Assembly (NCBI RefSeq): GCF_018350175.1
Contig: NC_058368.1
Span: 80,726,001 to 80,786,000 of the forward strand
Source of the DNA: Felis catus
Lineage: Eukaryota
Reading direction: 5' to 3'
DNA: 60,000 nt
The notes under the pieces are model-generated. The model worked only from the letters and a program-made list of their open reading frames with translations, made no database searches and was not told where the DNA came from. Positions 11,700 to 23,790 of this stretch are shown piece after piece (position 1 is the first letter of the stretch; every line of letters begins with the position of its first letter). Position numbers and translations under genes: made by a program.

Positions 11700-12900
11700 A
11701 AACCTATTTTTTGAAACCCTCTCAAACTAACAGAAAAGTTGCAAGTTATGGTACAAAAGTTTTTTTTCGCTACTGAACCATTTCAGAATAAATTGCTGAC
11801 ATCATGCCCTTCTCCCATATGTTCTAATGCATGTTTCCAGTAAACAAAGATATTCCCTTACATAATCACAATCCAACTCTCAATATTAGGAAATTAATAT
11901 TGACTTTACCATCTAATCCTTGGACCCCATTCAAATTTTGCCAATTCTCCCACTAATGCCCTTCGTATTCAAAGGATCTGGTTCAGTTCATCTTACATTT
12001 AGCTGTCAGGTCCCTTTCATCTTCTTCAGTCTGGAACATTCCTCAGGCTTCCCTGGGCTATCACAGAAAAGTCACTGTAGAAGATTACAGGGCAGTTGCT
12101 TAGTAGAAATTTCCTTATATGGGGTTCATCTGATAATGTGTTTTTTTGTTGTTTTTTTGGTGGGGGGAGAGCACAAGTAGGGGAGGGGCAGAGAGAGGGG
12201 GACAGAGGATGTGAAGCGGGCTCCGTGCTGACAGGCTGACAGCAGTGAGCCTGATGTGGGGCTCGAACTCACGAACTGTGAGATCATGACCTGGGCCCAA
12301 GTCGGACGCTCAACCTGCTGAGCCACCCAGGTGCCCCATGATTCTTCATTGTGAATACATGCATCTTAGCATGGACATCAGAGAGGCAGTGCTGTGTCTA
12401 ATCCTCGCATGTATCAGGTGTCATGGCCCCCATTGCTAGTGGGGCCATCTTTATCACTGTTACGATGCTGTTACCATGACATCTCTCAGTCTTATCCGCT
12501 GTATGTCACTCTTTTCTGCTTGATTACAATCTCATGTGTGGGTACTTTGAAATTAGGTAAGTGTCCTGATTAAACTTCCTGTTTACATATTCACTCATTC
12601 ACTCATATCCGTATGGACTCATGATCCAGTGGTTTAATGGGCTGCTGTCTGTTAACTACCATTATTTATTGTGATGTTTGAATCCTTTCAAGTTTGGCCA
12701 GAGGAAGCCCCTGCAAGGGGCTCCCCTGTCTCTGGCATGTCACTGTCATTCTTCAAGAACTTTTCTGCTTTCTGACACAACGCAATTTTCCAGGTCATCT
12801 GGTGCCTTCTTTGCCCCAGCCTTGGGGTCAGCCATTCCTCCCAGGAGTACTGGCTCTGTTTGGTGGGGCCTCCCTTGTTCTGAAACCCAAGTGCCAGTTT
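11700..12900 (-). mobile_element. Ancient L1 (L1MC-type) 3' UTR fragments, interrupted by a SINE
   Basis: Segments acagaaaagttgcaag, tgaaccatttcagaataaattgctgacatcatgccc, aacaaagatattcccttacataatcacaat and tttggccagaggaagcccctgcaag. Confidence 0.7.
12141..12337 (-). mobile_element. CAN-SINE
   Basis: Minus-strand SINE ending gggctcgaactcacgaactgtgagatcatgacctg...agccacccaggtgcccc. Confidence 0.93.
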
Positions 12901-13965
12901 TGGGCTGGGAGAGGGGGCAGGGGCCTCGGAGGAGGCTGCTAGAGTATCCCCTGCACGCCAGCCACCGCCCCCAGCCACGGAGACCCACTGGGCTCCATGA
13001 GCTGACCAGCCCCTCCCAGGGCCCTGGCGTCCTCCCCCGCAGGATCGGTGCCCTGCCCGTCACCTCCGCTCTGCTTGTGCAGCACCGCACAGTCCTCCTT
13101 CCCCTTCTTTCCTTGGTTGAGTTTTTAAAAACCTGTTTCTCTATTCTGCTTCAAATGAATCCCCAAATGTTGCTTTACTGAGCCGTTTGTTGTGGCCGCG
13201 GCCATGGGTTACAGACATACATCATTTCTCCCTGAGCCTTTCAAAGGGCCCATCACTATGGCAACCACAGTACAGAAAATTGCTTTGTCTCCTTAAATAC
13301 CCTTCAGAAAAAGGTCATTCGGTGCTAATGTTTTCCAACTAAAACCAGCAATGTAAGCAGAGCTCAGAACATCGTCACCGCGTGTTCTTCCGCGTGTGCG
13401 TGTTTTTAGTTGTGTGATTTCAGGAAACTCTCAAATGAGGACTAAATCTGGAGAGTGGAAAGAGTTCTAATGCTGCAGTGTGTGTGCTCCTGCCTGTAAT
13501 TGGAAGGCAGATGTTTATTTTGGTCCCCGTGGTTGCAGGGCAAGCTTTCCTGGCTCCCAGTGGTGACGTTTTCCCGTCTCTCTGTTCCGGGTGTGGGTTG
13601 GGACTGCGAGGGGCACCTGCCGATCTCCACATAGCGGCCCGCTGGGCCCAGGCGCACAGACTCACCAGCTTGGGGGGTCATAGCAGAGCCTGGGGTGGAC
13701 CAGACAATGGGACACATTTTTGTTGTTGTCTTCCACTCGACCTCAAGATTTTTATATAATCTCTCATTAGCTGGGAGGCTTTATTTCTTGGAATAAAAAC
13801 CACTTGGGCTGTGTTCTGGTCCCCGGCAATTTCACCCCTTGTGGCTTGCAGGGGAAGAAGTGGACACACGGGTGCCTAGGTCTCAACGCTCACTTCTCTC
13901 CAGATGACCTGAGAAGTCGCGTGTCTGCACCTGTGCCTCTTCTTCCTCAAGAATTACCCCCCACT

Positions 13966-14160
13966 GGGGCACCCGGGGGAGCTCAGTCAGTTGGGTGGCC
14001 GACTCTTGATCTCGGCTCAGGTCACGATCTCATGGTGTGTGGGGTCGAGGCCTGTATTGGGCTCTGCACTGACAGCACAGAGCCTGGTTGGGAGTCTCTA
14101 TCTCTATCCCTCCCCTACTCACGTGTGCTCTCTCTCAAATAAATAAATCAATCTTAAAAG
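13966..14160 (+). mobile_element. CAN-SINE (older subfamily)
   Basis: ggggcacccgggggagctcagtcagttgg...ctcggctcaggtcacgatctc...ctctctcaaataaataaatc. Confidence 0.92.
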
Positions 14161-14249
14161 AAAATTACCCTTCATCAAATTCACACATAAGCACATTATA
14201 ACATGCAAATAATGCTTTGTAGTTTACAATCAAAAACACACGTGTGCAC

Positions 14250-15750
14250 ACACACTATTGAATCGTTTAAAAGTACCTCACTATCTCCTAGGAACTAGGG
14301 TATTACTCAGCCTCACAGAGCTATTGTTACCCCCAAGAAATCATGGAGGCCCCATATTCCCATTTACCCAATTATCTCCCAAATGTCTTGGACGTATTTT
14401 TTTCAATCTAGGAACTATTAAAGACCACACATTGCAGTAGTTTATAATGTCTCCCTAATTTCCTTTAATTCACAACAGTATTCATGGCCTTTTTTTAAGT
14501 TTGTTTATTTATTTGGAGAGAGAGAGAGAGGGAGAGAGAAAATCCAAGCAGGCTTCGAGCTATCAGTGCAGAGCCTGACGTGGGGCTTGAACTCATGAGC
14601 TGTGAGATTACGACCTGAGCCAAAACCAAGAGTCACTCGGTCCCCCCACGGCCCCTTTTTTCTCTTTTAGTACCTCAGCACCTTGGAGTCCAGGTGAGTT
14701 GTGTCACGTGACTTCCACGGTACAGATTGTCTGGCTTTTTCCTCGTGGGTCGATTCAGGTCAGACCTTTCAGTGTGGCCACTGCAGAGGTGACAGGTGCG
14801 GTGTTCTTCCTGCTTCGCTGGAGCAGGAGAACATACGATTCGTTGAACCACGTGGTTGAGAGGACTACCGGCCCCGTCACGCATGAATAACTTTGTCCTT
14901 TCGGAAGTGGGCGAGAAGCCTGGGGGATGATAAATTGAAGCGCGAGAGTGTCTGTTTCCCAAGGACCTTTATCCAGTGACTTCTGCTTCTGTCAAGTGTG
15001 GGTGCAGGACGGTGACACTCCAGCTCTGTCACACCTGCCACGTTTATTAACCAGCTTGCTTTTGTGAAGAAGAATTTCTCTCTCTAGCCTTTGGAAAATA
15101 ATTCACTGTAGATTCAACTATTCTTTTGAATCCAACGTATTATAATCGATTACCATCATAATTCTTTTTGAAGATCAAATTGTTCCAAGTCTGGCCCGCA
15201 GGAGCCTCTCGATCAGGTTCTTGTATCTTTCTGACACACCTCATTTGTCTCTAAGTACTTGTCTGCCTTCTGACAAGAGATGGTCCAAGCTCACTCGGTT
15301 CTTTCTCTGCCTAAGGCCCGGAATGACCTGACTTTCTTAAGAAGCCATGATTTCTTTTCGTGAGGAGTGACGTTTATAAACCATGACCCGGGGAGTGGGT
15401 ATGCCTGTCGTTACAGGGGCGTCACTGCCTGTGGCCCTTGGAGTGGACAGAACCAGGAGTCCCATATTCACACTCACGCTCCAGCTCAGGTCCAACAGCA
15501 CAGGGTTGTCCATATCTGTGTTCCCCTTCTCTTGTGGTGAGACCCTGGCTTTCCCAAAGAGTAATATATTTTGACTCCTTGCTCTGTGCTATAGCACTCC
15601 CAAATTCACTTCAGAATCATTACACCAACAGCACTGGCGAAAGCAAACTTAAGAAAAACTCAAGATTTCTTTGCAGTGATTTTTGTCCTTAGAATGCATT
15701 GCACAAGGTGTGAATAGTCTGAGAACTTGTAGTCAGTAGTTCAGTTCTTA
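14250..15750 (-). mobile_element. Ancient L1 (L1MC/ME-type) 3' fragments
   Basis: Segments such as ttttgaagatcaaattgttccaagtctggcccgcaggagcctc and tccaagctcactcggttctttctctgcctaaggcccggaatg resemble L1MC 3' ends. Confidence 0.55.
14490..14655 (-). mobile_element. CAN-SINE with degraded head
   Basis: T-rich tail, (GA)n and cagagcctgacgtggggcttgaactcatgagctgtgagattacgacctgagcc. Confidence 0.88.
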
Positions 15751-15757
15751 GTTAACC

Positions 15758-15953
15758 TTTTTTTTTTTTTTTTTTTTTTTAATTTTAGAGAGAAAGCACA
15801 GAGCGGGGGAGAGGGGCAGAGGGAAACAGAGAATCTTAAGCTCCACACTCAGCACAGAGCCCGACATGGGGCTCAATCTTACGACCCTGAGATCTTGACC
15901 TGAGCTGAAATCAAGACTCAGACACTCAGCCGACTGAGCCACCCAGGTGCCCC
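15758..15953 (-). mobile_element. CAN-SINE with long poly(A) tail
   Basis: Poly-T at 15758-15780, ends gactgagccacccaggtgcccc. Imperfect TSD agttaacctt / agtgaacctt. Confidence 0.93.
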
Positions 15954-17067
15954 AGTGAACCTTCTCTGGTATATGAAATTGGCACACTATATACACTCTT
16001 TTGTGTTTTCCTTATTGAACTTAATACATGTCCTGGAACTCACCCTACATTAGTTTACAATATTTTCCTGTTTGTAACTGCATAATACATCATGTGGCTA
16101 TGCTACAGATTATATGGCTGGTTGCTTGTAGATAGGCACTTAGGTAATTATATTATAATTAGAAATACCAGCAATGTGGATAACCTTGTGTGTGTGTTTG
16201 TGGAGATGTAGTTCTTGGGGCTGGTTCCTGGAGGTGGGATTTCTGGGTGAAGGGGTAAGTGCACGGTGTTCTTAGGTATGACTGTAGGCGTGACTGCAGG
16301 CACCAGCAATGCCCACAGTGCCTGCTTTGCCAACAGGGTGTGTGGTCACACTTTTGAGGTTTTGTCCACACAATACGGGGATATGGTATCCCAGTGCATC
16401 CGGGATTTAATTCTGCATTCTTGGATTTATGAGTGAAATTGGGCATCTTTTCATATGTTAAGGGCCTTGTATATGTTGTTTTTTTGTGTTAACTGCTTAT
16501 GTGTTTTGTCCATCTTTCCATTGGAATTTTGATCTTTTCCTCTATTTTTGAGATCACTTAATTGGTTAGGGGGACTAGCCCTTTATCTGGGAGCAATGTG
16601 GCAGAGACTTCTCCCAGTTTGTCTATCAATTTGACTTGATTTATGGTGTCTCACAGAAACTTAAAAAGTTTTTATACCCAATCCATCTGTGCTTTTATTG
16701 CATATTAACTATAAGTTAGAGTTTAAAAATCTTTCCTCACACCCTTCTTATCCATATTGTAAAAGAATTCACCCGTTTGTTTTGCTAGATGTTTGTCCGT
16801 TCAATCCCTGATCCGTTCATTTGGTCTTTATTCTGGCATGTGATGTGAACTAGGGACCCATTTCTGCCTTCTTTCAGATGGGCCACCCAGTGATCACGAT
16901 GTCCTTTGTCACTACAAAGTCTGTCTTTTCCCAGCAAGCTGCGACATCCCTTTCTCATGTGCCATCTTCCCATATACCTTTGAGTCCATGCCTGGACTTT
17001 TCCACTGGTCAGTCTATCCATTTACCAATACCGTAGTTGTAATTACTGAGGGTTTTTAGTATGTTTT

Positions 17068-17277
17068 TAAAAAATTTTTTCTTAGTGTTTATTATTTTTG
17101 AGAGACAGAGTGTGAGTGGGGGAGGGACAGAGAGAGAGGGAGACACAGACTCCAAAGCAGGCTTCAGGCTCTGAGCTGTCGGCACAGAGTCTGACGCGGG
17201 GCTCGAACCCATGAACCTTGAGATCATGACCTGAGCCGAAGTCAGATGCTTAACCGACTGAACCACCCAGGTGCCCC
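17068..17277 (-). mobile_element. Felid CAN-SINE with 15 bp TSD
   Basis: TSD tttttagtatgtttt at 17053-17067 and 17278-17292, with a full SINE body between. Confidence 0.96.
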
Positions 17278-17539
17278 TTTTTAGTATGTTTTAATATCTG
17301 GTAGGACTAATCCTCCCTCCTCGCTCTTCTTTTAGAGTTTTTCTAGTTGTTACTGTCTGCTTAATTTTTCATTTAAACTTTAGAATCAACTTGTGTAAAT
17401 CCAAAATAAAAACTTACTGGGAGTTTTATTTCAGTGTTGTTAAATTTACGTACTATCTCCAGGAGGATTGATATTTTTATAATATTGCATTATCCCATCA
17501 GAACAAGGGATGTTTTTGCATTTGCTAAAGTTGTTTTTG

Positions 17540-17757
17540 TGTTTTTATTTATTTGGGACAGAGAGAGAGAGAGAGTGAGCACGCACCAGCATGAGTGGAG
17601 GAGGGGCAGAAAGTGAGAGGGAGACACAGAATCCAAAGCAGGCTCCAGGACCTGAGCTGTCAGCACAGAGTCCAACGCGGGGCTCGAACCCATGAATGAT
17701 GAGATCATGACCTGAGCCAAAGTTGACACTTAACCAACTGAACTACCCAGGCACCCC
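17540..17757 (-). mobile_element. Felid CAN-SINE
   Basis: Full body ending aactacccaggcacccc, with (GA)n and tttatttattt tail. Confidence 0.95.
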
Positions 17758-18214
17758 ATTTTCGTGTTTTTAAAGCTGGTTTAAACTTATTTTCATATTT
17801 GTATCTTTTTTGACAAGTTAATTCCTAAGTACTTTATCCTTTCTGTTGCTTTTGTAATGGTGAGTTTCTTCTCCATTATATTGTTCATTGTTTGGGTGTG
17901 TACATACGCACGCTGTTGATTTTTATAGATTCATTTTACATTCTTCTATTTTTTTCTTTTATTGTTTTTGTAATTTTTGGTATTGAGTCTCTTCGGTTTT
18001 CCAGGAATATTATTACATCATCTGCAAATGAAGTTTTATTTCTTTCCAAATTTCTAATCCTATAATTCTTTTTCCTTATCTAACTATATTCATTTTATTT
18101 CCAATTGATTGTTAAATAGTGCAGAGAGTGGGTATTCTTGCCTTGTTTCTGACCTTAATGGGAAATGCATCTATCGTTTCCTATGAAGACAGATGATGAA
18201 TTCAAGGCTGAGTC

Positions 18215-18320
18215 TATGTACACATACATGCCTGTATCTATCTGCATACATGTACATGAATGTACACACATGTGTGCATGTGTACAGGTATGGATATACA
18301 CATATGTGAGTGTGTGTAGA
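18215..18320. repeat. Degenerate (TG/TA/CA)n tract
   Basis: tatgtacacatacatgcctg...tgtacacacatgtgtgcatgtgtac... Confidence 0.8.
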
Positions 18321-18929
18321 GAAGCATACATTCTTACTGGGTGTTTTTCTCATCAGGATTTTTTTTTCATTATTATGGAGAAAATCGTGTAATCTTTTCC
18401 TTACAACTTTTCTTAGTATGGCAGATTATATTAATGGATTTTCTGACATTGATCCAACCTTACAGTCCTGGAAAGAGGAAGTCCTACTTGGACATGATGT
18501 ACTGTTTTTTAATGTGTTGTGGATTGTTCGTGCTCATATTTTATTTAGGATTTTTTGCATTGATATTTATAAGAAATGTGGATCTGTAGCTTTCTTTTTG
18601 GCACTATCTTTATTGCTTTCGATGTCAATGTTATACCCTGTGCTCTAGAGCAGTTTAATGATGCTGAGATTGTCTTGTATTTGCTGAGGACGTCCCCTGT
18701 GAAACCACCTAGGCCTTGTCCTTTTGCCTGAGACGGTTCTTTGATAACTTCATGTGTTTTGTCTATAGAAGTAGGTCTGTTCAAGCTTTATTTGGGTCAA
18801 GTTTAGCAAATTGTATTCTCCTAGGAAATCCTCATTTTGTGCGGGTTTTTAAATGAATTTGCATAGAATTGTACAAAATCTTACTATATTTTTATGTTCA
18901 TTTGTTTCATGGTTGTTTCTTTCATCACT

Positions 18930-19126
18930 TCTTTTTTTTTATTTATTTATTTTTTATTTTAGAGAGAAAGAGCGTAAGCAGGGAGGGAACAGTGGGGGAG
19001 GGAGAATCCCCAGCAGTCTCCACACTCAGCACAGGGCCTGATGTGGGGCTTGATCCCACAACTCTGGGATCATGACCTGAGTTGAAATCAAGGGTTACTC
19101 ATCCAACTGACCCACCCCAGCACCCC
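18930..19126 (-). mobile_element. CAN-SINE (older, diverged)
   Basis: T-tail, ctcagcacagggcctgatgtggggcttgatcccacaactctgggatcatgacctgag. Confidence 0.88.
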
Positions 19127-19811
19127 CTTTATTTTCTTGATTAGGCAATTATAGAGCTGTCTGTTCATTTCTTTTAAAAGAAACAGCATTTTGATTTAGT
19201 CTTTCTCTTTACTATTTTATCATAGCCCATTAGTAGTTCCACGTAGTGATATGTAATAAATAAATATTATATATTACTTGGTTTCTATTCTGTATCACGT
19301 GCTCTTACACTTACTATGTTATTTTTTCTGCTTTCTCTTTGTTTATTGTATTGTTATTTTTCCAGCTTTTTGAGTCAGGAACTTAATTCCTTTTTTTAAT
19401 TAACTTACTATATTTGGTATAATTATTTAAAGTTATAAAATTTCTGCTGATCACTATTTTGATTGTATTCTATGGATTCTGATACATAGTGATTTTATCA
19501 CACTAATTGTTGGTAATTCTGCACTTTTTATTTGTACTTTTTTTTCAGTCAATTATTGTTTATTACAATTTTTTTTTTAATTTTCAAGAGAAAAGAACTT
19601 TTGGTGTTTCAATTCTGTATTCATTGCTAACTTTTTTGTATTTCTATTGGGGATTTATGTTTGTATTTTATTATTAAATTTTATTTGTGATTGATAAGTG
19701 GTAAATATCTGTGAATGTTCCATGGGCATTTGAGGAGGACCATGTTCTTGATTTTCAGAGGCAAAGTTAATTAATTTATCATAATATCTACTTTCTGGAT
19801 TATTCCATTTC

Positions 19812-19816
<5 letters not shown>

Positions 19817-19861
<45 letters not shown>

Positions 19862-19868
19862 GTGTGTC
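19817..19868. repeat. (TG)n microsatellite
   Basis: Near-perfect TG run with one CG interruption. Confidence 0.97.
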
Positions 19869-20257
19869 TTTTTGACCTTTCTTAAACTGAGAGTAGATGT
19901 GCTTTCCCATAAAGTGGATGTTATCTCCTGGACTTTTAGTGGGGTTTTCTTCTCCTTGCCTCTTGTGAAGTTCCCACATCAAGAAAGTGGATTCTGTACT
20001 GTTATGTAGATAGGTATTCATGATAGATATGTCTTCATTGTGAACTGTTGCTTTAGGTATCAAAAGTGTTGTTGTTGTCTTTTTAAATGCCTTTCCTGTG
20101 CTTGTTCTTTGCTGACTTTCATATTCCTGCTTCCCTATTGGTTGTGTTGGCTGGCACCTGTTCGCCTGTTCAGCATAAAGCACTTTGTCCTGGATGTGTC
20201 TCTTCTATACAGCAGCAGCTGGGTTTCACTTTGTGAACCAATATGAAAATCTTGAGT

Positions 20258-20488
20258 TTTATTTAAAAAAAAATTTTGTTAACGTTTTTATTTATTATTG
20301 AGAGACAGAGAGACACAGGGCATGAGCAGGGGAGGGGTAGAGAGAGGGGAAGAATCTGAAGCAGGCTCCAGGCTCTGAGCTGTCAGCACAGAGCCTGACG
20401 CGGGGCTTGAACTCACCAACTGTGAGATCACGACTTGAGCCGAAATTAAGAGTCAGACGTTTAACCCACAGAGCCCCCCAGATGCCCC
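20258..20488 (-). mobile_element. CAN-SINE
   Basis: gcaggctccaggctctgagctgtcagcacagagcctgacgcggggcttgaactcac...gatgcccc. Confidence 0.93.
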
Positions 20489-20897
20489 GATATTAGCTTC
20501 TCATTGTCACGTGATTTTCCTTTTGGACTTCTGATCACCTTAATATCAGATCTTTGTCCGTCTTCTGTACGAGTGGTTTTCCCTTTGATCCTTTAAAAAC
20601 CTTTCTTTCTTATTTCCATTTTTTCTGGCTGTTTTTATTCCTGTCCCCAGTGTCCCTTGTTATATATCTAGTTGAGTATATTATCCCTTGGGGGCACCAA
20701 ACAGTTTAATTTTTACTTCTTTTTCTTCAGTTTCTTCCCTGAATTCAGCAAATTCTCATTCACCTATTTTGATATTAAATCTTTCTGTTTTGTTTTCAGC
20801 TTTTGGATTTTTGATGTGAAGTTTTTAACATTTTAAAGAAAAAAATGTTTTATAGTATTTACTTCTGGTTGGGGTATTACAGTTCTCCGTGGTGGGT

Positions 20898-20975
20898 TTG
20901 TTGTTGTTGTTGTTGTTGTTTGTTTGTTTTTCATTTTGGGGGGGTTTTTTTGTTTCTTTGTTTTTGTTTTTTTTG
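20898..20975. repeat. (TTG)n and T-rich simple repeat
   Basis: ttgttgttgttgttgttgttgtttgtttg followed by T-rich sequence. Confidence 0.85.
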
Positions 20976-21219
20976 CAGGGAGCACTTTCACCAGCTGAGG
21001 TGCCTGTCACTTTGTGTTCCTTTAGAAATATCTTACTAGAGTGGTACTAATGGAGGGCACTATGTAGGCAACAGCATGGGGTTTGGTTCAGTTCAGGGTG
21101 TGACTCTTTCTCTGTTTCTGGAAGATTCTTAATTGATACCACTAAGCTCCCCCTACCATTGTCTCCCAAGATTGTTAGACATCCCCACACACTGTCATGA
21201 CACTTCCTTTTAAGGACCT

Positions 21220-22620
21220 TGTATTTTAGAATAATATTAGGGGCACCTGGGCAGCTCAGTCAGTTAAATGTCTGACTCCTGGTTTTGGCTCAGGTCATGA
21301 TTTCACAGTTTGTGAGTTCGAGCCCCGCGCTGGACTCTTCGCTGACCGTGTGGAACCTGCTTAGCATTCTCTCTCTTCCTCTCTCTCTGCCCCTTTCCTG
21401 CTTGCTTTTTCTCTGTCTCAAAATAAATAAACTTAAAAACACGTTATAAAATCAATGTAGACTTCTGGAAGAGTTGTGAAGGTCGTGCAGTGTCCCCGTG
21501 CGCACCTTTCCTCAGCCACCCCTCGTGAACACCTTACACCACCGTGTGCGTTTATCAAAACTAAGGCCCTAACTTTGGGCCAACGTGTCTACCCTGCCAT
21601 CACTTTGTTAGGATTGCCCCAGTTTCTCTGCCAGTATCCCCTCCCTATCCCAGGATCCAATCCAGGATAGCACACGCTAACCCCCAGCTCTCTGTCTCTG
21701 CAGTTTAGGACAGTTTTTTCATCTTCCCTTGTTTTTACGACTGTGGCACTTTGGGAGGGTGCTGGTCAGGTATCTTGTAGAGCATCCCTCTGGTTTGGGT
21801 TTGTTTGCTGATTCTCACGACTAGACTGAGGTGGTTGATTTTGGAGAACGATACTACAGAGGTGATGTGCCTTCTCGTCGGATCGTATCAGGGTGTGTGG
21901 TGTCAATATGGCTGTCAAGGCTGACCGCGATCACTGGGTCAAGGTGGTGTCTGCCGACCTCTCCACTGTGAAGTTACTGCTTTCCTCTTCCCGTGCTCTT
22001 TTCTTCAGAAGTGAGAGAGTATGTCTTGCCCACTCTCAAGCAGAGGGGCGTCTGGTGCCACCTTCTGGGGAGGGCATCGAAGAATTTGGGCACACACGAA
22101 AATCATTACAGCAATTGGTACATTTTAGGGGAGAGCTGTGGAGGCCAATCAAGCATTTTGTTTCTCCTTCAAGTTTTGCCACGTACGTCTGGCATTTATC
22201 TACGAATTTTTCTGCAGGCATTATTCTTCTGGTATTCTAATGGTGATTTTGTATTGCTCTTGGTATTTCTATAAGTATTAAGTGGAATTTTTGCTGTCTT
22301 CTGTATTTATTCAGTTATTTCTTTCCATCAGTATGGGCTCATGAATATTTATCTTACTTTGAGGGTTGTGATCCCACACTGCCATTATTTGTTAGGTTGC
22401 TCATACTGCCCCACATTTGACTTGTATGGGTGCCTCTGGTTGATTGCCGTGCCCTCCTGACATGCATGCATCCTGTTTGTTCATATTTTGAGTAGTTTCT
22501 CACTTTGTGTTTCCACGAGACAGTCGAGGTACGTCTTATAGTTTCCCTGCCTGGCCTGGAGGCTTCTCTGGGGAGTCCTGGCTCTGTTTGCTGGGGATGA
22601 TTCAGAAGCCAGGGGCTGGG
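21220..22620 (-). mobile_element. L1MC/L1MD-type 3' end, interrupted by a + strand SINE
   Basis: Segments tttatcaaaactaag, atcccaggatccaatccaggatagcacac, gatcactgggtcaaggtggtgtctgcc and ctccactgtgaagttact are typical of L1MC/MD 3' UTRs. Confidence 0.75.
21240..21440 (+). mobile_element. CAN-SINE
   Basis: ggggcacctgggcagctcagtcagttaaatg...gagttcgagccccgcg...tctcaaaataaataaacttaaaa. Confidence 0.94.
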
Positions 22621-22924
22621 GCTGGATGTGCTCCTGCTGTGGGGTGTCCAGCACCCCCAGGAGCTATTTTTTTGATCCACTAGGTTTCCCTTTGGGAAGG
22701 TGGGCCTGTTTCTGTCATGGTTTTGTCTGTTCTTGCTCAGAGCTCCCCCTCCCCCGCCTGGCAGAGTGGAGCTGCTCCGGTCGTGCTCCTGGTGTGGCTC
22801 CTGGGTTTTGCATGTTTGTTCTGTCTCCAGGTCATGGTGGAGGGATGTGGTGTGCCCTTGGCTTCACAGAGAAGTAATGGGGTCCCAGCCCTTGTGTGGC
22901 TACCGTGCTGGCCACTTCACGGGG

Positions 22925-23030
22925 GTCTGTTAATCTGGAAAGTCCCATCTTTCAGTTCTAGCAAGTTTTCTTGTATTATTTTTTGGATAATCTCACTTCC
23001 CTTTTTCCTCTTTAAATATATATTTACTAA
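22925..23030 (-). mobile_element. L1/HAL1 ORF1-like remnant
   Basis: The minus-strand peptide EIIQKIIQENLLELKDGTFQINR resembles the ORF1p RRM segment EIIxENFPELKD..QIERAH. Confidence 0.6.
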
Positions 23031-23669
23031 ATACATGCTATTAGAAGACTCAAAGAACTGAAAAAGAAATGAAAACTTGGCACAGCGTCTGTCAGTGAGC
23101 AAAAAAACGTGGTGCTATTTTCTCATTTAGCTGCCACGAAAGTCGACTGTGGATCCTTTTTAGTGATTTTCATCTTGGTTTCCTCATTCAAGCATCTCAT
23201 GGCAAGAGGAATTCAGGGGAGATTTAAAAGACTGAAGGTCTTTTGTTGGTTTTTCCAAACTGCATAGTATGCCAGCCTGCTGACGGCTCTCTCAGGGGGC
23301 TCGAACACCGGCAGGGTCCTGCCCAGGAAAACCCACGAGGGTGTCTTGCAAGCACCCACTCACTGCTTGGCCAGCTCTCTTACTGGAACATGGCTGTGAG
23401 TGTCGAATTTGGTGAAATGACCAGCCAAGCTGCAGTGATACAGGTGCAGGTGTGTGTGGGCAGCTGGCCCTGCACACAGTAGGCATCAACTCCATGAACT
23501 GGTAGAAGAAATGAGGGGGGCACTTGCAAGTGAGGGGGCCCCAGGGCCTCCGGCCCCTTTCCAATAGCAAAGCCATCATTGCAGAGCAGGGGACATGTGG
23601 CCCATCAAGAAGCAGACCTCACACACCTGCACAGGGCCAGCAGCCATCTCTGAAGTGCAGGAGAGACAG

Positions 23670-23790
23670 AATTGAGGCTTGGAGTCCAGCAGACCTGGGT
23701 CTGAATCCAGTTCTTTCCTGGGAGGCCTACTGGGTCATGTGGGCAAGTCACTTTGTGTCCCAGAGCAAGCTCACCTGAACGGCAGATGTA
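23670..23790 (+). mobile_element. MIR fragment
   Basis: ggcttggagtccagcagacctgggtctgaatccagttct...gtgggcaagtcactt matches the MIR tRNA-like head and core. Confidence 0.65.

Larger units (their letters stand above)
15955..20250 (-). mobile_element. Long degraded ancient L1 covering ORF2 from the endonuclease to the 3' end, interrupted by three SINEs and simple repeats
   Basis: Minus-strand remnants in the correct order: endonuclease-like LIPKATVHNEDISIMNTYLHNS (~20.0 kb), NRPTSIDKTHEVIKEPSQAKGQGLGGFTGD (~18.7 kb), and L1 3' ORF2 nucleotide motifs at 16.1-17.0 kb. Confidence 0.82.

Noticed and set aside
11138..20183. Reverse transcriptase and endonuclease-like peptides as an active retroelement or novel RT system
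   Set aside because: They are short, frameshifted, stop-ridden remnants of ancient L1 ORF2.
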